64,000 nucleotides of DNA. Origin: Octopus sinensis (taxonomy: Eukaryota). Both the position numbers and the translations under genes were made by a program. Location of the stretch: the NCBI RefSeq assembly GCF_006345805.1, contig NC_043022.1:3968001-4032000 (forward strand). The letters run 5' to 3'. Shown here piece by piece: positions 25,091 through 36,859 of the stretch (positions are counted from its first letter, which is position 1; every line of letters starts with the position of its first letter). Below the pieces are notes generated by a model that saw only the letters and a program-made list of their open reading frames with translations, was not told the DNA's origin and searched no databases.

Positions 25091-26261
25091 TAAACATGAC
25101 TTCTCTCTCTCTCTCACACACACACACTTTAGAGTTCAGTGTCGGATCTTTTCCTTTTGAACGGCAGTTTTCAACACAATTTCTAGTTAACTAAACACTT
25201 TTAAACTTCGTATACTGGTAGAATGTGTTTATAAAACATCATTTTTTCTTGGCTTTATTGAGAAAATTCTATAGTTTGTAAGATATTTCATCTGAAATTT
25301 CGAGCATTTCGGCAATTTTAACCAATCGCTGACCTCCATTTGGGGTGAAAACATTCCGTGCTGTATGAATATGTCCCTCGTTTAAGAAACAGATTGGGTT
25401 TATTTACATTTGCGAAGAAAAAAAGATACCCTTTCCCCACTCCTAACCCTAACCCTAACCCTGAATATTTAGTAGAAATTACAGCTTCAGTGTATGTCTG
25501 TCCATCACAAGGAGGGAGCAATTTGTTGATGCTGCTGTGGGTTGAATCGTGTTTTCAGTCACTGTTCATATTATCCCATTTACTGCTGGGTTTGTTGGCT
25601 GATTTTCCTCGTGTGTTCCCTGTGTATCTTCTTTTTGTTGTGGAGGTGCAATGGCCCAGTGGTTAGGGCAGCGGACTCGCGGTCATAGGATCGCGGTTTC
25701 GATTCCCAGACCGGGCGTTGTGAGTGTTTATTGAGCGAAAACACCTAAAAGCTCCACGAGGCTCCGGCAGGGGGTGGTGATCCCTGCTGTACTCTTTCAC
25801 CACAACTTTCTCTCACTCTTACTTCCTGTTTCTGTTGTACCTGTATTTCAAAGGGCCGGCCTTGTCACTCTCTGTGTCACGCTGAATATCCCCAAGAACT
25901 ACGTTAAGGGTACACGCGTCTGTGGAGTGCTCAGCCACTTACATGTTAATTTCACGAGCAGGCTGTTCCGTTGATCGGATCAACCGGAACCCTCGTCGTC
26001 GTAACCGACGGAGTGCTTCCATCCATTCCAGTGGGAGGTGGTGGTGATTCAATTTTGTATGGACTTGGTGTTGTCTTGTGTCTTTTCTTTGCATTTCTTG
26101 CCCTTCAATAGCCTGGTTTATGGCCAGAACGCTCTGCCCTTAGTGGCATGTTTTCTCATAAGTGTGTGCGTCTGTAATTTTGCATGTAGGAGGGGAATGA
26201 ACAAAAGCAGGAGAAGAGAGAATAGGGTCAGAAGATTCCATGAATTGTAATTATATTTTTT

Positions 26262-27088
26262 GCCAGCCTCGCCTGGACCCTGTGCCGGTGACACGTAAAA
26301 GCACCATCCGTTTCGTGGCTGTTTGCCAGCTCTGTCTGGCCCCGTGTCGGTGGCACGTAAAAGCACCATCCGTTCGTGTCCGTTGCCAGCATCGCCTGGC
26401 CCCGTGCCGGTGACACATAAAAGCACCATCCGTTCGTGGCTGTTTGCCAGCTCTGTCTAGCCCCCGTGTCGGTGGCACGTAAAAGCACCATCCGTTCGTG
26501 TCCGTTGCCAGCATCGCCTGGCCCCGTGCCGGTGACACATAAAAGCACCATCCGTTCATGGCCGTTTGCCAGCTCTGTCTGGCCCCGTGTCGGTAGCACG
26601 TAAAAGCACCATCCATTCGTGTCTGTTGCCAGCATCGCCTGGCCCCGTGCCGGTGACACATAAAAGCACCATCCGTTTCGTGGCTGTTTGCCAGCTCTGT
26701 CTAGCCCCCGTGTCGGTGGCACGTAAAAGCACCATCCGTTCGTGTCCGTTGCCAGCATCGCCTGGCCCCGTGCCGGTGACACGTAAAAGCACCATCCGTT
26801 CGTGGCCGTTTGCCCGCTCTGTCTGGCCCCATGCCGGTGACACGTAAAAGCACCATCCGTTTGTGGCCGTTTGCCAGCTCTGTCTGGCACCTGTGTGGGT
26901 GGCACGTAAAAATCACCCACTACACTCTCGGAGTGGTTGGTGTTAGGAAGGGCATCCAGCCGTAGAAACACTGCCAGATCTGACTGGGCCTGACGAAGCC
27001 TTCCAGCTTCACAGACCCCAGTTGAACCGTCCAACCCATGCTAGCATGGAAAGCGGACGCTAAATGATGATGATGATGATGATGATGA
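26262..27088 (+). mobile_element. RTE-tail element with about 60-bp VNTR (other copies 27427-27790, 28435-28760, 30725-30978, 41965-42300, 46121-46447, 59258-60063, 61885-62230)
   Basis: Tandem GTGCCGGTGRCACGTAAAAGCACCATCCGTTCGTG.. units, then GTTAGGAAGGGCATCCAGCCGTAG and (GAT)n. Same organisation as the RTE 3' UTR at 53965-54568. Confidence 0.85.
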
Positions 27089-29082
27089 ATATTTTCAGCC
27101 ACTTCAGCTGCTACTGCCATTTCCAGTTTCTACTGCAGTTGTAGGCATTGTCACGGCTGCTGCATCCACCAGAGATCTCATTCTGTTGGAACCCCTAGTA
27201 TTGTGATCTTTACTGCACTTCTACCCAAATAAGTAAGGAAGAGAATGAATTCCTTGTTGTAGCTGGTGACTGCTGTAGAGCAAGGGCCTCAGTCTCAAGA
27301 CCTCAATCCTGCCAAACAGCCCTGTCCTGCTCTGAATATTTGGTCAATATCCTACATTACATCACAGAGGGCCCTTTCTATTTGTGGTTGTCTCCAATTG
27401 ATGAGCTTTTACATTCACCCCTCTTTATCATCATCGTTTAGCATCCGCTTTCCATGCTAGCATGGGTTGGACGGTTCAACTGGGGTCTGGGAAGCCAGAA
27501 GGCTGCACCAGGCCCAGTCTGATCTGGCAATGTTTCTACAACTGGATGCTCTTCCTAATGTCAACCACTCCGTGAGTGTAGTGGGTGCTTTTATGTGCCA
27601 GACGAGGCTGGCAAACAGCCACGGTCAGATGGTGCTTTTTACATGCCTCCGGCACGGGGTCCAGGCGAGGCTGGCAACAGCCATGATCGGATGGTGCCTT
27701 TTACGTGCCACCGGCATGCAGGCCCATCGGGGCAGCACTGGCAACGGCCATGTTCGGATGGTTCGCTTATGTGCCACTGGCACTGGTATCACATATATAT
27801 ATAATCATTTTCCCTAGCTGTTGCAACTGAAGTTTCAGGAGTGGGGTCCCCCCCGCCCCCTCAATTTTCCTAAATCTATTGGTATCTGCTAATTTCAAGC
27901 ATTTATCATCCCGGGAGAGAGTAAAAGTTCTTTTGTGGTGACCACCCCAGCCAAAGAAGCTTTACTATCGTTACTGTCTTTGCAATCATTGCTGCAGCTC
28001 TGAATACTTTTGCTAACAATTGTCGGTTATATTCTTACTCCTTTTGTGCCACAATATCAATTTAATTTTGATTGATGAAATTCCCCCCCACACACTTCCA
28101 TGCTGCCCTCGTTAGCATTACTACTGCTACTCAAGTTGTTATTGCTGTTGCTACTGTTGTTGTATCATCGTTTAACGTCTGCTTTCCATGCTGGCATGGG
28201 TTGGACGGTTTGACTGAGGACTGGCAAGTCAGGAGGCTGCACCAGGGTTGTCTGATCTGGCAAGGTTTCAACAGCCGGATGCTCTTCCTAACGCCAACCA
28301 CTCCAAGAGTGGAGTGGGTGCTTTTTACGTGTCATTGGCACAGAGGGCCAGTCAGGCAACATGAAACTGGTAATAGAGACCCCACTCCTGAAACTTCAGT
28401 TGCAACTGCTAGGGAAAATGATTATTTATATGTGATACCAGTGCCGGTGGCACGTAAGCGAACCATCCGAACGTGGCCATTGCCAGTGCCGCGCCGATGG
28501 GCCTCCGTGCCGGTGGCACGTAAAAAGCACCATCCAATTGTGGCCGTTGCCAGCCTCGCCTGGCCCCTGTGCCGGTGGCATGTAAAAAGCACCCACTACA
28601 CTCACGGAGTGGTTGGCGTTAGGAAGGGCATCCAGCTGTAGAAACATTGCCAGATAAGATTGGAGCCTGGTGCAGCCTTCTGGCTTCCCAGATCCCCGGT
28701 CGAACCGTCCAACCCATGCCAGCATGGAGAACGGACGTTAAACGATGATGATGATGATGAATAGGTGCGAGTGTAGCAAGAAGTTTGCTTTCCTACCACA
28801 TGGTTCCAGGTTCAGTTCCAGTGCATGGCACCTAAGCAAGTTTCTTCTATCAGCCTTGGACCGACTGAAGCCTTAAACTGGTGTGTTTTTGTGTGTGTGC
28901 ATGTGTGTGACCTATGCCACTTGACAACCGGTGTTGGTGTGCTTACATCCCTGTCATAAGTGACTGATAGAATAAGTACCAAGTTTAAAAGAAATAACTG
29001 GGTTGATTTATTTAACTAAAAAATTCTTCAAGGCTGAGCCCCAGCATGGCCACAGTCTAATGACTGTGGCCATGCTGGGGCT

Positions 29083-29423
29083 CTGATCATGAGCAGAAGT
29101 AATAGGGGAGCATCATAGTCATGTGCTGAGCGGGATTCTTTTGGGGAGGTTGAATAATTCACCCTTGGAAACATGGGTGTTTCATTCATCAGCTTTAAAT
29201 AGCCCTTATTCAGGGACCTTTTGAACGACATGGACTACTCGACTTGAAGAAAATTTTAACTGGGCCCCACCTGCAAGATCATGTACTGTTTATCTTGGTC
29301 ACCATGTTGCACACATATTGTTGTGATGCATGTACCTGGTGTACCCTTATCAGTCATGATGGGTATATTGGGCTTCGTATATTTGTACCCCAGTGTCACT
29401 TTGATGGCATGCACTGCTCTCTC
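29083..29423 (+). repeat. Dispersed repeat with a near-identical copy at 32974-33316
   Basis: Direct sequence match over about 340 bp. The second copy ends in (AAT)n. Confidence 0.85.
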
Positions 29424-29577
29424 AGAGAAACAAGTAAAAGATATAAAAAAAAAGATAAATAAAAAAATAAATAAATAAAAAAAGATAAATAAAAATTTTC
29501 AATTTCAAATATATTTGGAAATTTCATTGACGACATTGAGATCCGTAAATTCCAATCATGTTAATTTAATTAATTAA

Positions 29578-29852
29578 TTAATTAATTTTAAGTGGGTCAG
29601 CATCGATGTTTGAAACACAAACTTCAACTGTAAGTTCGCTCAGTAGGTTTTCCAACGAGATTTTCAACTGCGACAGGTAACCCCTTTCTGTGTTGCTGTG
29701 CTCACAGAGTAGCACCGAGGATCCATTATGGATTGCATCCAGTACATCATGATGTGACATCTCCCCGGAGACATAGAGGTCAGCACTGACACCCCGGAGG
29801 ACAGTGGAGCCGGAACCAGCACACACAGCAACTGTCTTTATGGTTTTATCGG
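29578..29852 (-). CDS. NIF3L1: NIF3L1 exon 5 (terminal)
   Basis: TDKTIKTVAVCAGSGSTVLRGVSADLYVSGEMSHHDVLDA...LCEHSNTERGYL...DADPLKIN* is the canonical NIF3 C-terminus. TTTCAG acceptor. Confidence 0.95.
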
Positions 29853-30331
29853 CTGAAATGGGAGAAAGAAGAGAAATTTTAAAATTACAAAAGAATTTCA
29901 GTTAAAATAAAACTCAACAGGGCACAAGAGTATATTAAAGAACTCCCTTCAGTCATGAATGACCATGGGACTGCATCTAAAAAGCCCCCATCCAAGGCAC
30001 AAGTCCAAGCAAGGTTGTTTCTGGAAACCAGCAGTCACCCATGGAAAACGGACGTTAAACGATGATAATGATGATGCATATACATACACGCATGTATGTG
30101 TGTGTGTGTGTGTGTATGTATATATGGAGGGCTGTTATAAGCTAACCCTGAAATCGGTCCGATATGGTAATAATGGAATGTTTTAGAAATTTCTGTTGAC
30201 CTTTTTTCGAGTAGCGTGCATATTGTGAAAAAATTATATGGTTAATGGACAATATGTCCAATTTTTCGGCATATCTGGCATTAGAAATCTTTTCGTTTGC
30301 CCTTAATTATGAATTGTTTATATACATATAG

Positions 30332-30363
<32 letters not shown>

Positions 30364-32104
30364 AATTATATATGTATATATATGTGTGTGTGTGTGTGCA
30401 TATATGGGTACAGGACATCACCAAACAGTAAAGAACATGAAATATGAAAACAAAAGAGTTCAATACGCAAACAATGAGAGAAACAAATGGAAAACAGAAC
30501 AAGTAACACAAAGAACGACCCTTCATCAGTTGTCGGCTGTCTGTCTATTCTTCATTTCAAGCATTGAACAACAATATGAGTCTTTGAAGGCAGTTGCTCC
30601 TACAAATACCAAAATAAAATTTGGGATTCATGAAAGGTCAATTTTTTTTTTTGTTCCCAACTTTGACCCTCCATAAATCCCAAATTTTATTTTGGTATTT
30701 ACATGCACACACACATATATATATGTCGGTGGCACGTAAAAGCACCATCTGTTCGTGGCCGTTCGCCAGCTCTGTCTGGCACCTGTGCAGGTGGCACGTA
30801 AAAAACACCCACTACACTCGTGGAGTGGTTGGCGTTAGGAAGGGCATCCAGCCGTAGAAACACTGCCAGATCTGACTGGGCCTGACGAAGCCTTCCAGCT
30901 TCACAGACCCCAGTTGACCCGTCCAACCCATGCTAGCATGGAAAGCGGATGCTAAATGATGATGATGATGATGATGATACACATATGCATCATCATTGTT
31001 TAATGTCTGCCTTCCATGCTGGCACGGGTTGGACAGTTTGACATTGTTGTGGCCTGGTTTCTACAGCCGGATGCCCTTCCTAACCCCAACCACTTTACAA
31101 AGTGTGTTGAGTGCCTTTTACATGCCACTGGCATGGGTGCAATTACACAGCATCGGCACAGGTGCCTTTTAAGTGGCACTGGCACCTGCAAAGGACCAGC
31201 CTGTATGTGTAAAAGACAGAGATTTTACTCAGCTTGATGTGTCTTCCCAATTTCCCAGCAAATCACATCTCCCAGTTCCTTGTCATTTCCTCAGTGAGGC
31301 CCAGCATCTAAAGATCCTTTCCCATCACTTTGCCCCATGTCTTTCTCGGTCAACCCCTTCCCACAGGTTCCTTCCACAGTTAGAGCTCGGCACTTCTTCT
31401 TGCAGCTCTCTTCATCCATACAAACATATATTTATTACACACATGTGAGTGAGAACACAGATATTTTTGGTATCTAACATATGTCAGATACTGCGAGCGC
31501 TGCTTCTGATTGGTCAATCCATAGTGATGACCCGAGGTCACGGTGATAGCGCTGCTTCTGATTGGTCAATTCAGGGTGATGACCCAAGGTCACGGTGACG
31601 GCACTACTTTTGTCATTCATAAGTTACAACTAAACGTGAAGAATTTAGTTATTGGGTTAATAAAATATGGTCGTTTATTCGTGTGTAATAAATAAAATAC
31701 CAAACTCATTCCCTATGGATACCGTATTTATTACAACTCGTGGCTTGTAAACGTATCTAACTCACTTTCACTCGTTAGATACGTTTACAAGCCACTCGTA
31801 ATAAATACGGTATCCATAGGGAACTCGTTTGGTATTCTCTTATATATCCTGCGTATAAGACATAAAGGATCTTTCCTGTTATTTATTTTTATCTAGTTTC
31901 AGCTCACAAGCTGTGGCCATGCTGGGGCACCGCCTGTGTTTATATATTGTATTGTTCTCGTGAAAGCAGTGAAACAAAAAGAAAACACAAACAGCAAATG
32001 GGGGGGGGATACAAAAAAGATGAGACTGAAAGAAGAAAAAAGGAAAAGAAACAATAAAGGGAGAATTAGGGGGAAAAGGGAAGGAAAGAAGAAAAGAAAC
32101 TCAC

Positions 32105-32249
32105 TGAAAGAGAATCCTGGGCCGTGTGCTGTGGCTACTCGAAGATGAGGCAATTTGAGGTGTTTCTTGATAATTTCAATAGCTTCTGTCAAAGTAATAC
32201 TAGTCTGGAGTTTAGCAATTCTACCGATTCCGGTATCTGGCATTGGAGG
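32105..32249 (-). CDS. NIF3L1: NIF3L1 exon 4
   Basis: PPMPDTGIGRIAKLQTSITLTEAIEIIKKHLKLPHLRVA carries the NIF3 G.GR...L....IK.HL.L..R motif. TTCTAG acceptor, GTGAGT donor. Confidence 0.92.
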
Positions 32250-33347
32250 CTAGAATATTGCAAAGAAGATAATAATAATCCTTTCTACTATAGGCACAAA
32301 CTTGGGGTGCGGGGACTAGTTGATTACATTGACCCCAGTGTTTCACTGGTACTTAATTTATTGACCTTGAAAGTTGACCTCGGTGGAATTTGAACTCAGA
32401 ATGTAGTGGCATACGAAAAACAGCTAAGCATTTCACCCAGCGTGCTAAGGATTCTGTAATCTTTACTATAGGCACAAGGGAGAGGAGGATTTTCAATTAC
32501 ATTGACCCCTATGCTTGCCTAAAAGATGAAAGGCAATGTCGATCTTGGAGAAAATTTGAATGCAGAAATGTGAAGATGGATGAAACACTGCCAAGCATTC
32601 TGCCTTAATAATAACAATCCTTTCTACTCTAGGCACAAGGCCTGGAATTTGTGGGGAGGAGACTAGTTGATTACATCAACCCCAGTATATCACTGGTACT
32701 TATTTTATCAACCCCAAAACAGTGAAAGACAAAGTCGACCCTGGTAGCATTTGAACTCAGAACACAAAGACAGATGAAATGCCACTAAGCATTTTTGTCC
32801 TGAGCAATAATGGTTCTGGCAGCTCAATAATAAATGCCCTGATGCTGTACCAGGCAGTGGCTCTCATGGCTTCTGATCTTAACTGATTTGAAGTGCTATC
32901 ATGTACATTGTTTTGTCTTGGTATAAAAGATGGACTACAGCAAATATTCTGCTGGCTGATGATATGTGCATCTCTGATCATGAGCAGAAGTAATAGGGGA
33001 GCATCATAGTCATGTGCTGAGAGGGATTCTTTTTGGGGAGGTTGAATAATTCACCCTTGGAAACATGGGTATTTCATTCATCATTTTTAAATAGCCCTTA
33101 TTCAGGGTCCTTTTGAATGACATGGACTACTCAACTGGAAGAAAATTCTAACTGGGCCCCACCTGCAAGATCACGTACTGTTTATCTTGGTCACCATGTT
33201 GCACACATATGGTTGTGATGCATGTACCTGGTGTACCCTTATCAGTCATGATGGGTATATTGGGTTTCATATAGTTGTACCCCAGTGTCACTTTGATGGC
33301 ATGCACTGCTCTCTCACTCCAAAATAATAATAATAGTATTTCTGTAC

Positions 33348-33471
33348 CTTAGCAACTTCAGTGAAAACAGGGTCTTGTATAGAATGAGACTTCAAAATCT
33401 GGGCAATGGTTTGTAAAGAAGATTTCTTACACAAGAATGAAACAAAGAAAGTGTCTTCTCTGGCTGAATCA
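33348..33471 (-). CDS. NIF3L1: NIF3L1 exon 3
   Basis: TTTACAG acceptor, GTACAG donor, open frame (N)DSAREDTFFVSFLCKKSSLQTIAQILKSHSIQDPVFTEVAK. Phases 2 and 0 fit. Confidence 0.85.
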
Positions 33472-34391
33472 CTGTAAAAATAAAGAAAAATGGAAAAAAT
33501 AAATAAGGAAATTATACAAAATTTAATTCTTTCTCATTCATTATTTTTTTTTTCTTTTTATCTTTACTCTTTTACTTGTTTCAGTCATTTGACTGCGGCC
33601 ATGCTGGAGCACCACCTTTAGTCGAGCAAATTGACCCCGGGACTTATTCTATTGGTCGCTTTTGCTGAACCGCTAAGTGACGGGGACGTAAACATACCAG
33701 CATCGGTTGTCAAGCAATGCTAGGGGTACAAACACACACACGTATATAAATATATATATATATATATACAACGGGCTTCTTTCAGTTTCCATCTACCAAA
33801 TCCACTCACAAGGCATTGGTCGGCCCGGGGCTATAGCAGAAGACACTTGCCCAATATTTTATTAAGAATTCTCCAAGAAAACTACAAGGTCTTAATTTCA
33901 ACAATTCAAGGCCCTGTACATAAGAAGCAACAAGTAGAGGCTGTGTGGTAAGAAGCTTGCTTCCCAACCACATGGTTCTGGGTTCAGTTCTACTGTGTGG
34001 CACCTTGGGCAAGTGCTTTCTAATATTGCCTCAGACTTGTGAATGGATCGGGTAGATGGAAACTGAAAGAAGCTTGTCATACATATATGTGTGCATGTGT
34101 GTATCTGTGTTTGTTCCCCCACCACTACTTGACAACTGGTGTTGGTGTGTTTACATCCCCATAACTTGACAGTTTAGCAAGAGACCAATTGAATAAGTAC
34201 CAGGCTTTAAAAACAAAAAGGAAGACTGGGGTCGATTCATTCAACTAAAAATTCTACAAGGCAGTGCTCCAGCATGGTTGTTATCCAACGACTGAAACAA
34301 ATAAAAGATAACTCAGGATTCTTGAATTATGTTGCTGTCGGTGCTGCTGCTGCTGATGATTTTTATGAAGGAATACTCTCAAGATACTCAC

Positions 34392-34533
34392 TTTAGAATC
34401 TGAACTCCACTGAGTTTCTTCAAATTTTCCAAAAAGCTGCTATGATTTGCAACATCAACGGTCACTTTAACACTGTGACTGAACGAGAAGGCAGGATTTT
34501 CTTTGGTAGACAGAGGAGAAGTGGAAGCATTTT
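34392..34533 (-). CDS. NIF3L1: NIF3L1 exon 2
   Basis: TTTCAG acceptor, GTGAGT donor, open frame ENASTSPLSTKENPAFSFSHSVKVTVDVANHSSFLENLKKLSGVQIL. Phases 1 and 2 fit the neighbouring exons. Confidence 0.85.
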
Positions 34534-35254
34534 CTGAAAGTGAGAGAGAGATGGAGTTGTAGAATCTTCATTCAACCAAAACTTACCAGATTCTCCTTAT
34601 TTTTTAAAACCCTTTAACATTTAACCCTTTAGTGTTCGCATTATTCTGCCAAAATTAATCCCTTTTTATTCACATTATCTTGAACTAATCAGGCATTAAT
34701 CTTGTAGCTATGAGATTTTGATGAGGTAGCTGTTAATTTTTAGAATGATATTGTAGGGTTGGTGTGAAAGACCAGATCTGACCAGTTTGAACATAAAACA
34801 GGCAGAATACTTTTGGCCGGATATGGCCGGTTTAAATGCTAAAGGGTTAAACCGGTCACATACGGCCCAAATATTCTACCTCCTGGTCAGATTCAGCCTT
34901 TCACACCTGTTTGACAATGTCATTCTTAAAATAAATGATCACATCATCAAAACCTTGAAGCTATGAGATAATGCATAACGAACTCAAAAGAACGTGAATA
35001 GATATATATTACCTTTGACAGAATAATCTGAATGCTAAAGGGTTAATGTATCTTTTAGCCAAGACAGAGGCACATTGCTCATAATCCCTACGTAGCAGCA
35101 GACTCCCAATATTTTTTGCATCACAGACTGGTTTCATGCAAAACAATTTTTCCACAGACCAAAGGACCAAGTGCATAACAAAACAATAAAGAATGTAATA
35201 TATAATTTAATCAGTACATAGAACATATTTATTACATAATACATATATACATCA

Positions 35255-36265
35255 CTGCCCCTGGGAGCTCCTCTATGCCGATGACCCTGCTCTAGTAGCC
35301 GAGTCACTGCCAGAACTAGAGACGAAGTTTAGGGTGTGGAAGCAAGGTCTAGAATTGAAGGGCCTTAGGGCTCATCTAGCAAAAACCTAAGTCTTAGTAA
35401 GTAGGAAGGCTGTCAAATCACAAACCCCTTCACATAGATGGCCCTGTTCGATCTGTAGAAAAGGTGTGGATAGAAACTCCATATGATGTACATGGTATAA
35501 GCTATGGACACATAAAAGGTGCAGCAATATCAAAGGAAGGTTAACCAGAAAGAGTTTTTGTGTGTGGCAGATGCACAAGGGCAATAAACACTGAAGATGT
35601 ACAGAAAACAGATTCTATCACATGCCAGGGGAAAAAACTAGTAGTTGATAGCTATCGCTACCTAGGTAATCAAATCTGTAGTGGGGGTGGTTGCTCTGAG
35701 AGTGTAGGTGCTAGAATAAGAATAGGCTGGGCTAAGTTCAGGGAGCTCCTACTTCTACTCTCGCTAAGGATGAAAAGTGAACTGTATGATGCATGTGTGT
35801 GAACTGCCATGCTACACAGCAGTGAAACATGGGCCATGACTGCTGAGGACTTGACGAGGCTTGAAAGAAATGAAGCTAGTATGATCCACTGGATGTGTAA
35901 TGTCAGTGTTCATACACAACATAGTCTAAGTACCCTGAGAGAAAAGTTGGACCTAAGAAGCATCAGATGTGGAGTGCAAGAGAGACGACTGCACTGGTAT
36001 GGTCATGTGTTACATGTGGATGAGGACAGCTGTGTGAGGAAGTGCTACTCTCTAAGAGTGGAAGGAACCTGTGGAAGAGGTAGACCCAGGAAGACATGGG
36101 ATGAGGTGGTGAAACATGACCTTTGAACATAGGCCTCACAGAGGCAATGACAGGAGACCAAGACCTTTGGAGATATGCTGTGATTGAGAAGAGCCAGTAA
36201 CTAAAGTGAGATTGCAGCCATGGTAGATGCCAGTGTTGCATATCCGGCCCTTTTAAGAGTACCCT
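35255..36265 (+). mobile_element. 5'-truncated RTE LINE fragment (family of 50760-54568) in NIF3L1 intron 1
   Basis: Collinear with about 52900-53880: PWELLYADD, Cys-rich finger, RRLHWYGHV, GRGRPRKTW. Confidence 0.88.
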
Positions 36266-36357
36266 TGATGCGTCGGCCTTAAATATAAAATTTTTAAAAA
36301 ATGAAACTGTTTTTAGAATGATATATAAATATCTAAATATATGATTTCATACTTTAC

Positions 36358-36859
36358 CAAATGCACTGAGGAACCAATCATTAACACCATTCTTTAAAGC
36401 ATCGCAACTAGTGTGGGGGGAGTAGATGGCAATTCGATTTTCAATAGCTCGGACGATTAATTTCTGCTTCCAGGAACTCTGGCAGAGTCGTTTTAAAGGG
36501 CTGAAAATGGGAGGATGATAGGACAAAATAAAATTAGCCTTTAAGTCGATAGCTTCGTTCAATACTTCAGGAGTAAGATCGTTGGTGAGCAGTATTTTAG
36601 AGACATGGTGTGGTTTAGTTGGTTCAACTAATAACCCAACATTATCCCAACTCTCTGCAAGAGACGGCGGCATAAATTCATTTAACAAGGCTACTATTTT
36701 GGATAAGTTTCCTTTTTTGGTTGATGACATCTCCGAAGATGATAACGTCTGCGAACACAAATTTTTCTGGCAGTTTAATGTTATCTTGTGCGGTATTTTA
36801 AGACGATTAATTCGAAGGAAGAACCTGCTGTTGACAACGATCCGCAACACAAATGTCAT
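36358..36859 (-). CDS. NIF3L1: NIF3-like protein 1, exon 1 (upstream ATG at 36859, second in-frame ATG at 36730)
   Basis: Contains LAESWDNVGLLVEP, ILLTNDLT, ILSYHPPIF, IAIYSPHTSCDA and GVNDW, the hallmark NIF3/DUF34 motifs. GTAAAG donor, phase 1. Confidence 0.95.

Noticed and set aside
25440-25463. (CCTAAC)n as an interstitial telomere
   Set aside because: Only 3-4 units, and it is an internal part of the GATC-TIR MITE family (also at about 6700).
26989-27020. CTGACGA/CTGATGA in the RTE tail (also 54479) and in the Helitron at about 12040 as hammerheads
   Set aside because: No GAAA after a stem II and no stem III/NUH.
26228-27034. 200-290 aa repetitive ORFs (also 53900-54523 and 59134-60009) and a CRISPR-like look
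   Set aside because: Stop-poor tandem 60-bp units with no unique spacers, no cas genes and a eukaryotic context. They are RTE 3' UTR VNTRs.
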